Origin: Gemmatimonadaceae bacterium
GTDB lineage: Bacteria; Gemmatimonadota; Gemmatimonadetes; Gemmatimonadales; Gemmatimonadaceae
Assembly: GCA_041742675.1 (NCBI GenBank)
Contig: JBGTOG010000366.1
Coordinates: forward strand, 1-62,458
DNA length: 62,458 nucleotides
Reading direction: 5' to 3'
How positions within the stretch are numbered: position 1 is the stretch's first letter; the number at the start of each line of letters is the position of its first letter. The notes under the pieces are model-generated. The model searched no databases, had not been told where the DNA came from, and saw nothing but the letters and a program-made list of their open reading frames with translations. Shown in pieces: positions 17,295 to 24,882 of this stretch. Made by a program: the position numbers and the translations under genes.

Positions 17295-19181
17295 ATGCGC
17301 TTTCGTTCACTCTTCGCGCCGCTACTGACGCTGGCCATGCTCGCACTCGCTGCGACTGTGGCGCAGGCCCAAGCCGTGGCTACAACGCGCACTGCCGCGA
17401 GCGCCGCGAATGCCGCGAATGCCGCGAATGCCGCGAGTGCCGCCTGGGCCGACTCGGTGCTCGCCACCCTCTCGCTCCGCCAGAAGGCCGCGCAAATGGT
17501 GTGGGTGTGGACGCTTGGCGATTACGCCGCTTCTGACGCACCATCGTTTCTCAATATCGAACGCCTGATTCGTGAGCACGAACTGGGTGGCGCGATCGTA
17601 TCAGTTGGCGGCCCACTCGATATCGCGGCAAAAACCAACGCGTTGCAGCGAGCCGCGCGACTGCCACTGCTCATTGGAGCCGACTTCGAAACCGGCGCCG
17701 CCTTTCGCGCACGCGGTGGGTGGTTCCTGCCCAATGCGATCGAGCTCGGTGGTGCAACCTCGTTCCCCTATCAGATGGGCATCGGCGCCACTCGCGATAC
17801 CATGCTGGCCTACCACATGGGACGTGTGACAGCCATCGAGGGCCGCGCTCTCGGTGTGCACATGGGTTTCGCACCCGTGCTCGATGTCAACAACAACCCG
17901 GCCAATCCGGTCATCAGCGCGCGCTCGTTCGGTGAAGACCCGGCGTTGGTCGCGCGCATGGGCTCTGCCTTTATTCGCGGCATGCAGGAGCACGGCATGC
18001 TGGCGACGGCGAAACACTTTCCGGGTCATGGCGATACCGAACAGAACTCGCATCTGGAGCTATCCCGCGTTGCTGTCTCGCGCGCACGTCTCGACAGCGT
18101 TGAGCTACGCCCATTCCGCGCGGCCATCGATGCGGGCGTACGCGGCGTCATGACGTTTCACGGCGACTTGCCGGCGCTCGATTCATCCAAGACCGCGGCG
18201 ACGCTCAGCCCGCGCATCATGACCGAGCTGCTTCGTGAGCAGATGGGGTTCACAGGGATTCTGGTGACCGATGCGCTGGACATGAACGGCGTGCTGGGCG
18301 AGATGACGATGGCTGAGGCAACGATGCGCGCGGTGTCCGCGGGCAATGACGTACTGCTCATGCCGACCGATGTTCGCGTGGCCATTCAGGCAGTAGTGGA
18401 TGGCGTGGCCGCTGGCCGATTCACCGAGGCGCGAATCAATGCCTCCGTCCACCGACTGCTCACAGCCAAACACGAGATGGGTTTGCACGAATCGCGCGTG
18501 GTTGATCTCGAAGCGGTGCGCACGCGAGTGGGCCTCGCCGAGCATGTCGCCGTGGCGCGTGAGGCTGCGGAGCGCGCCATTACGCTGGTGCACGACTCGA
18601 CTGCTCTGTTGCCCTTGCAACCGACAGGCACAAGCCGAGTAGTCAGCATTTCCGTGAGTCCGCGCGCCGACCTCAGCGCAGGTCGCACATTCGATGCTGA
18701 ACTCCGCACATCCATCCCGCAGTTGCTCTCGCTGACACTGAGTCCGGAAACAGTGGCCGACAACACCGCCGGTGCCGCCGCTGGTGGCACCGGCACGTAT
18801 CGCATCAACCCGGAGCCGGTGCTGTTGCCCGCTTCCGTTGAGAATGCGCTAAGCATCGCGCGCGGTGCAGACGTCGTGCTTGTCTCCAGCTACATCGGCG
18901 CCGGCACCAACACCGCGCGTCTGTCGCCAACCCGTGGCCTGCCCGAGCTGATCAACGGTCTGCGCGCATCAGGTACTCGCGTGATACTGATCTCCTTTCT
19001 CAATCCGTATCTCGCGCTGGGACTCCCTCGCGCCGACGCGCACATGATCGCCTGGAGTCCGTGGACTCTTTCACAACGCGCCGCCGCGCGAGCACTGCTC
19101 GGCAAGTCACCAATTACCGGCACACTACCCATCAGCATTCCCGGCGTAGCAAACTTCGGAACCGGCGTTCGCCGCCCGTAG
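17295..19181 (+). CDS. glycoside hydrolase family 3 beta-N-acetylhexosaminidase-like (NagZ-like), secreted
   Basis: The ORF is open from 17019. The ATG at 17295 gives signal MRFRSLFAPLLTLAMLALAATVAQAQ. Motifs are KHFPGHGDTEQNSH, GILVTDALDM and NDVLLMP. Confidence 0.88.
   Translation: MRFRSLFAPLLTLAMLALAATVAQAQAVATTRTAASAANAANAANAASAAWADSVLATLSLRQKAAQMVWVWTLGDYAASDAPSFLNIERLIREHELGGAIVSVGGPLDIAAKTNALQRAARLPLLIGADFETGAAFRARGGWFLPNAIELGGATSFPYQMGIGATRDTMLAYHMGRVTAIEGRALGVHMGFAPVLDVNNNPANPVISARSFGEDPALVARMGSAFIRGMQEHGMLATAKHFPGHGDTEQNSHLELSRVAVSRARLDSVELRPFRAAIDAGVRGVMTFHGDLPALDSSKTAATLSPRIMTELLREQMGFTGILVTDALDMNGVLGEMTMAEATMRAVSAGNDVLLMPTDVRVAIQAVVDGVAAGRFTEARINASVHRLLTAKHEMGLHESRVVDLEAVRTRVGLAEHVAVAREAAERAITLVHDSTALLPLQPTGTSRVVSISVSPRADLSAGRTFDAELRTSIPQLLSLTLSPETVADNTAGAAAGGTGTYRINPEPVLLPASVENALSIARGADVVLVSSYIGAGTNTARLSPTRGLPELINGLRASGTRVILISFLNPYLALGLPRADAHMIAWSPWTLSQRAAARALLGKSPITGTLPISIPGVANFGTGVRRP
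17394..17438 (+). repeat. in-frame 9-bp tandem repeat (GCCGCGARY x5) encoding (A-A-N/S)n just after the GH3 signal peptide
   Basis: Read directly: gccgcgagc gccgcgaat gccgcgaat gccgcgaat gccgcgagt. The translation is AASAANAANAANAAS. Confidence 0.9.
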
Positions 19182-19374
19182 CGCCGCCCGCGTTGCTCCC
19201 AGCCCCGGCTCGGTTGCAGTTCCGATTCGTCTTCGCGGCTACAAAGTGCCCCACAGCTTTCCGGCTTTCCGGCCGACCTTATTTCGTTCGACGAACACAG
19301 CCCCCTCAGGTGCCGTGAGGATCGTCGCGCAGCGTCTCCTCCCTTGCGTCCAATTCGTATGCGCCATGCGCCCG

Positions 19375-22300
19375 TCACTCAATCCGCACCCCCAACCGCA
19401 ACGAACGCGGCATAACCCGCTGCCGCGCTGCCCCCAACACCGACGACGGATCGGCCAGCGCCTGATCATCGATCTCCGTCTTCACACGAATCAGCGCACG
19501 CGATCCCAGCGCGTTGAACACATCCAGCGAGACAATCGCGCGTGACGCGAACTCGAATGGCAATGCACGCTCCACATGCAAATCCAGCAAACTGCGACTG
19601 GCATATGTGCGCGACCCGCGTGTCTCCACGAACAGCTGTTGCCCGAGCACATCTGGCAGTAACTCGCGCGGAGCCTGCGTGCCTGCTGCATCGCGGTACG
19701 CGTAGCGACCCAGAATTGTGAATGTGGGCGTGGTGGGCTCGCCAATGATGTGCGTGAAGAACACCCCCGCCGAGATGCCTTTCGGAAGCTGACCAGTGAG
19801 CCAGAGTTTGCCCTCGAACTCCGTTGCGTTGGGCAGGCGTCCGTCAAAGTTGATGCGCTCGTTCGGACGCACAAACGGACCCGCCGTGAATTCCGGATTG
19901 CTGACGCTGTTGGGAATCGAGCTGTTGCTAATCACGCCATGACCCGTGATGCCGTCGACGTTGCCCACGAGTCGCGCCAGCGTGAGTGATCCCTCGCCTC
20001 GCCAGCGCGCGTAATGCGCCGTGACGGTACTCGTGAGCTGACGATAGTGTCGACGCGCGTCGCGCAATGTGGTGAGCACGATGCCCGGATCGTACAGCAG
20101 ACTGGCGATATCTGACGGGCACCATCCGTCAAAGCACAAGGGTCCGCCCGGTCGCGGTCCGCGATTAAGCGCTCGAATGGCTTCGACAAGATCCCGATTG
20201 GACACGTAGAGCTGGTTCAACACCAAGGGAATACCACTCGGATCCAGGACAGCGTTGAATACAAAGCGCTGGTCCACCTTGATGTTGGAAAGCGCAGTGT
20301 AGTTCGTTGCCGCGTTCCGGTCGAGCAGCCCGACCACATTGCCGTTCCTGCGTTCAATGCCCACGAGCTCGACCTTCCAGTGTTCGCCCATGGTCTTCTC
20401 GAGCGCTATGGACAGCTGGTCCACATACGGTTGCCGATATCCGTCAACGACGCCCGTTTCGTCGAGCACATCGGTGTTAAAAAACGCAGCGAATCCACCG
20501 GTGCCGACCTGCGCATCGCGTTCGGACTCGGTGAATGTGGTTCGTGCATCCGTCAGGGGCGGCGCGGTATTGTAGAAGCGCCGATTGCTGTATGCGTTCG
20601 CGCCGGAGACCCGGTCAAAGAGCAGTGCCGTCATGCCCTGATGAAAGCGGCCCCAGTGTGCCTTGACCGCTAGCGTGTTGCGGCCAGTAACATCCCAGGA
20701 CACGCCGATACGCGGATCGAAAGCGGTCGCGCGTACCGCTTTGAACGCGGACGTGCACGGCGTCTGTGGACGTGACGCGTCGCAGGGTGTCATCCATCCT
20801 GTCCACTCGGAGACGCGAAGCCCGGGACTGAGCGTGATGCGCTCGCCAATGGTGATGTCGTCCTGCACAAAGGCGGCGAGACTCTGCATGCGAGTGTTCA
20901 GCCGGGTATTGCCGCCCCAATCGCTCCCTGTCGTGTTCCATGTGGATACGTCGTTGGCCACAAAGGGAACCGATTCGAACAGGTACGGACGCCATGTCAT
21001 GCCGCCGGTGCGAATGCCTTCGTTGCGCCACGTGCTGGTGTTGAACTCTACGCCCGCTGCGATCGCGTGCTCGGCGCCCAACGCGCGCTGCGTGTGTCGA
21101 GCGACGGCGATGGCGCTGTGACTGGTGGGATCACGCCGCTCGTCGAACTCGCTGTTCTGATAGGCGGGTTGATTGCCAACGCGGATCACGCGGACTGCTG
21201 GCACGTCTGCTCCACCGTTGCCGGTGCGCGATTCTCTCGCACTGTAGCCAGCCAACGTCAGCTCAAGGGTGGTACGCGGGGTGAGTTCACGTCGCCACGC
21301 GCCCTCGTACCACAGCACGGGCGCATCAACGCGCTGCAGCGACTCCACGGCGTCCAGCCCGTTCAGGCCGGCATTGGTAATCGATTGCCGCGACGCGCCC
21401 ACCAGCAGATCCGCTCGTTCACCTGCCGCGCGCCTCCAGGTGAGTTTTCCAACGGCTCGCGCATCCCGCTGTCGTTCGCGCGAGGCAAGAAACGCATCGG
21501 TGGAACTGAACAGCGCTGGCGATCGCAGGCTGCGTTCCATGAACTGCGCGCCAATAAAGTAGAACAGGCGATCTGAAATGATTGGTCCAGCGAGCTCGCT
21601 GCTGAACTCTGTGCGTTGCGCCAGCTCCGCTCCGATCTCACCGCGTTCGAAGTTTGAGGACGTAAGGGCTTCGTCCTCATGAAAGCTGCGAAGCGTGCCG
21701 CGAACATGGTTGGTGCCAGTGCGCGTAATCGCATTGATCACGCCGCCCTGAAAGTTGCCGAACTCCGCGCTCGCGCCAACGCCGCGCACTTCAATCGCTT
21801 CCACCCAATCGCGAGGTAGCTGCAGGAAATCGCCGCCCACACCGGCGTGATTCATGGAGACACCATCAATCTGAAAGTTGTTCGTCACCGCGCCAGCGCC
21901 GCCCCAGAGTCGTCCGCTCAGCGCGCCCGGCACCAGGGCGATCACACTTGCCGCGTCTCGTGATGTCGGCAGTTGCAATGCCAACTCCCGGTCGAAGCGG
22001 CGCGGCGACTCCGGGGACAGCGCGTCGATGGACGTTGGGGTGCGCACCACCACCACGGTTGAGAGCTGGGTCGATGCGCGCGTGAGCACTACACGCACCC
22101 GAACGGTATCGCCAGCAATCACGCGAACCGCAGCCAGTTCAGCGGGTTGATAACCCAGCTGACGAACCGTGAGGGCGTAGGTGCCGGCGTCCAGTGTGGA
22201 GAGCACAAACTCGCCGCGCGCATCAGTCACCGTCATCGCGCTGTCAGAGCGTCCGCGAATCGTGACGCGCGCATCCGGGAGCAGGGAGCCGTTGTCTGCC

Positions 22301-22449
22301 GACACAACGCCGACGAGGGTGCCACGCAAGGATGCTTGCGTCTCACTCACACGCGGCACGAGCAGCAACAACGTGACCCAGAGTGCCGCCTGACCGTATC
22401 GACCGAATCTTACCTCTCGCGACCTACACCTGCGCATACACGCTCCCAA
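19375..22449 (-). CDS. TonB-dependent receptor with N-terminal carboxypeptidase-regulatory-like domain
   Basis: 1024-aa ORF. The CarboxypepD_reg-like segment is LRGTLVGVVSADNGSLLPDARVTIRG...DARGEFVLSTLDAGTYALTVRQLGYQP. Plug and barrel follow (IEVRGVGASAEFGNFQGGVINAITRTGTN). The exact start is uncertain. Confidence 0.85.
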   Translation of the reverse strand: MGACMRRCRSREVRFGRYGQAALWVTLLLLVPRVSETQASLRGTLVGVVSADNGSLLPDARVTIRGRSDSAMTVTDARGEFVLSTLDAGTYALTVRQLGYQPAELAAVRVIAGDTVRVRVVLTRASTQLSTVVVVRTPTSIDALSPESPRRFDRELALQLPTSRDAASVIALVPGALSGRLWGGAGAVTNNFQIDGVSMNHAGVGGDFLQLPRDWVEAIEVRGVGASAEFGNFQGGVINAITRTGTNHVRGTLRSFHEDEALTSSNFERGEIGAELAQRTEFSSELAGPIISDRLFYFIGAQFMERSLRSPALFSSTDAFLASRERQRDARAVGKLTWRRAAGERADLLVGASRQSITNAGLNGLDAVESLQRVDAPVLWYEGAWRRELTPRTTLELTLAGYSARESRTGNGGADVPAVRVIRVGNQPAYQNSEFDERRDPTSHSAIAVARHTQRALGAEHAIAAGVEFNTSTWRNEGIRTGGMTWRPYLFESVPFVANDVSTWNTTGSDWGGNTRLNTRMQSLAAFVQDDITIGERITLSPGLRVSEWTGWMTPCDASRPQTPCTSAFKAVRATAFDPRIGVSWDVTGRNTLAVKAHWGRFHQGMTALLFDRVSGANAYSNRRFYNTAPPLTDARTTFTESERDAQVGTGGFAAFFNTDVLDETGVVDGYRQPYVDQLSIALEKTMGEHWKVELVGIERRNGNVVGLLDRNAATNYTALSNIKVDQRFVFNAVLDPSGIPLVLNQLYVSNRDLVEAIRALNRGPRPGGPLCFDGWCPSDIASLLYDPGIVLTTLRDARRHYRQLTSTVTAHYARWRGEGSLTLARLVGNVDGITGHGVISNSSIPNSVSNPEFTAGPFVRPNERINFDGRLPNATEFEGKLWLTGQLPKGISAGVFFTHIIGEPTTPTFTILGRYAYRDAAGTQAPRELLPDVLGQQLFVETRGSRTYASRSLLDLHVERALPFEFASRAIVSLDVFNALGSRALIRVKTEIDDQALADPSSVLGAARQRVMPRSLRLGVRIE

Positions 22450-22572
22450 TCAAATGGGGACTAAGCGGCTGCCGCTACCTCCAGTGCCATGCGGAATGGT
22501 AGCGCCTGTTCGCCCGCAGCGAATGACGTGCGGGCGCTTGACGGCCGCAACCTCAGGTCAGTATCTGTCTGC

Positions 22573-23094
22573 ATGCGCATCGTGGGCGGAAAACACAAAG
22601 GTCGGCATCTCACATCACCCAACGATTTTCGCGTGCGCCCTACCGCGGAACATGTGCGAGCCGCCCTGCTCGTTCTGCTCGCGGCGGATCTCGACAAGGC
22701 GTCAGTGCTTGACCTGTTCGCCGGTACCGGTGCGCTTGGTCTTGAAGCGCTCTCCCGGGGCGCACGTCGCTGCGACTTTGTAGAAACGCGTCCGGCCAGC
22801 CTGCACGCGCTCAAGGCAAACGTCGCCGCGCTTGGCTATCGCGAGCGTACCCGGATCTTCAAAAAAGACGCGCTACCATTTGCGGCAGCGCTCAGCGAAG
22901 GCGCCTATGATCTGGCCTTTGTGGACCCGCCGTACCAGTCGCGCATGCTCGATCGCGTAATCGAAGGCTGGCAAATCTCACGATTTGCGCGTGTGCTGGC
23001 GGTAGAACATGCGGGGGACCACGTGCTACCCGCCGGCGGCAGGTTGCACAGCTTTGAGGACACCGCGGTCACCATCTACCGGCTTTCCAACTAG
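22573..23094 (+). CDS. rsmD: 16S rRNA (guanine966-N2)-methyltransferase
   Basis: The ATG at 22573 gives MRIVGGKHKGRHLTSP. Motifs are PTAEHVRAALL, DLFAGTGALGLEALSRGA and FVDPPYQS. Confidence 0.85.
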   Translation: MRIVGGKHKGRHLTSPNDFRVRPTAEHVRAALLVLLAADLDKASVLDLFAGTGALGLEALSRGARRCDFVETRPASLHALKANVAALGYRERTRIFKKDALPFAAALSEGAYDLAFVDPPYQSRMLDRVIEGWQISRFARVLAVEHAGDHVLPAGGRLHSFEDTAVTIYRLSN

Positions 23095-24882
23095 GACGGG
23101 CTCACCAGCCGTCCAGCCCTGCTCGACCAGAGCGTCAAGCAGCGCGAGCACACGCGTGCGGTCCACATGGACGCCGAGCACCAGCAGATCTCCCGGTGCG
23201 GCCCAGAGGAGCGCTTGTACGACTCCGTCGAACTCCGTTGACGCTTCGCTGACAATCGATTCGGGGGCACCCGCGGCCTGCAGTCCTTCACGCAGCTGCG
23301 CGGGAACCGCCGCTGCCTCTCGTCCGCGTAGCATGTGCGGCAGATGCTTGATGATGATCCGGTCGAACTTCGTGGTATGCCAGGCCGCGGCACCGAGTGC
23401 GCGCAATTGTTCATCGTCTCTGTTACCGGCCTGGCCCAGGAGCAACAGGCGACGTGCGGCTGGCATTGACGCTGCGGTGGCACACAGCGCTGTCATGCCC
23501 GCCGGATTGTGCGCGTAGTCCACCAGCACCGTGACGCCGCCGACGCGCCGGACCATCAGGCGACCAGCGTTGTCGCCGTCGTTCGCCCCGAACGTCGTGA
23601 GCACGCTCTCGATCGCGACGCGCGGAACGGCAGCCGTCAGCGCCGCGAGAGCCGCTGCCGTTGCGTTAGCGATGTTATGCAGTGCGGAACCGCCAGCAGT
23701 CAGTGGAAAAGATGCGACATCGCCGACGGAGTGCCACGCGCCATGCTGCGCGAGTTGCAGTTGTCCGGCCCGCACACGCGCGCCGAGTCCATGCTCGCTG
23801 ACGCCGTGCGTGACGCGGAGATCGGCTTCGCTACCGGGCTGTGCGCTGGTCGAGAACCAGACCACAGCGACCGCCGGATCGATGGGGAGCGTTCGCAGCG
23901 TGACATCGTCGGCGTTGAGGACCAGCACACCGCGTGACGCGCTCACCGCGTGGGCAACAATGGCTTTTGCGTCCGCAAGGTCCGCCAGCGATTCCACGCC
24001 GTACTCGCCGAAGTGATCGTCGGAGATGTTCGTGATCACCGCGACATCAGCACGCGTGAGGGCGAGCCCGCGTCGCAGCAGTCCACCACGAGCCGTTTCA
24101 AGAACGGCCGCCTGTACCGACGTGTCACGCAGCACACGTCGAGCGCCGGCTGGGCCGGTGTAGTCACCGGCTTCGAGTTGCACGGGCGGCTCGCCTCCTG
24201 CCACGAACACGCCGTCGCTGCAGCTCCATCCGGCGACATGTCCGCTCGCACGAAACATGGAGGCAATCAACCGTGTGGTGGTGGTCTTGCCATTGGAACC
24301 GGTGACCAGCACGGTGGGCACATTCGTTCGCTGCGACCAGTCCACGGCGGTCGCATCCGGCGCGCCATCAATCGGCCATGATTCGCCGCCGGATCCACTC
24401 CCAACGGTCACGGACTCGTCATCAACGCAGGCGGTGAGGCCGCGGAGATGGGCCTCGTAGACCAGCGCTGCAGCGGGTGCGAGACGCGTCCGTTCCTGAT
24501 GCCACTGCTGGTGCAGTGCACGAAGCATCGCGTCGTCGCTGACGCGCTCCGCCCGGCACCACGCGAGCTCATTCAGCGACGTGGCCGTCATCAGCCCGTC
24601 TAGCGGCGCGCGCACAAAGAGCTGCGCTGACGAGTCTCGCAGGCGTATGACCGTGTGCACATCGCTCCACGCGAGTGCGTCGCAGAGCTCGCTCACATGC
24701 GCTTGCCAAGCTGCGATGTGCGCAGGCGTCGCGGCTCGCGGGTCGATCACAAGTACGGCGCCTGGCGAGGCGTCGAAGAGGTTCGCGCCGGTCAGGCGGC
24801 GTGAATCGAGTATGGAGGGCGACGGATACTCCGGCGCGTCAGGTGCAGATGGCGCGACGGAATCCGTCTGGGGATCAGTCAC
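23026..24882 (-). CDS. cyanophycin-synthetase paralogue lacking the ATP-grasp core (CphA N-domain-like plus Mur-ligase-like M domain)
   Basis: 618-aa ORF. Its GTG start overlaps the cphA stop (GTGACTGA). The M domain is collinear with cphA: VTGSNGKTTTTRL, AVLETARGGLLRRG, NISDDHFG, LNADD, VDYAHNP and GNRDDEQ. Confidence 0.8.
   Translation of the reverse strand: MTDPQTDSVAPSAPDAPEYPSPSILDSRRLTGANLFDASPGAVLVIDPRAATPAHIAAWQAHVSELCDALAWSDVHTVIRLRDSSAQLFVRAPLDGLMTATSLNELAWCRAERVSDDAMLRALHQQWHQERTRLAPAAALVYEAHLRGLTACVDDESVTVGSGSGGESWPIDGAPDATAVDWSQRTNVPTVLVTGSNGKTTTTRLIASMFRASGHVAGWSCSDGVFVAGGEPPVQLEAGDYTGPAGARRVLRDTSVQAAVLETARGGLLRRGLALTRADVAVITNISDDHFGEYGVESLADLADAKAIVAHAVSASRGVLVLNADDVTLRTLPIDPAVAVVWFSTSAQPGSEADLRVTHGVSEHGLGARVRAGQLQLAQHGAWHSVGDVASFPLTAGGSALHNIANATAAALAALTAAVPRVAIESVLTTFGANDGDNAGRLMVRRVGGVTVLVDYAHNPAGMTALCATAASMPAARRLLLLGQAGNRDDEQLRALGAAAWHTTKFDRIIIKHLPHMLRGREAAAVPAQLREGLQAAGAPESIVSEASTEFDGVVQALLWAAPGDLLVLGVHVDRTRVLALLDALVEQGWTAGEPVLVGKPVDGDRGVLKAVQPAAGG

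Noticed and set aside
17394-17438. Tandem repeats as a CRISPR or minisatellite locus
   Set aside because: The units are 9 bp with no spacers, in frame, and lie inside a well-supported CDS. No direct-repeat/spacer architecture occurs anywhere in the window.
22450-22572. A possible cobalamin or other riboswitch upstream of the TonB-dependent receptor
   Set aside because: Only about 120 nt separate the receptor from the divergent rsmD start, which is too short for a B12 element. I could not find a B12-box-like consensus; only a GGCACTGG fragment is present.
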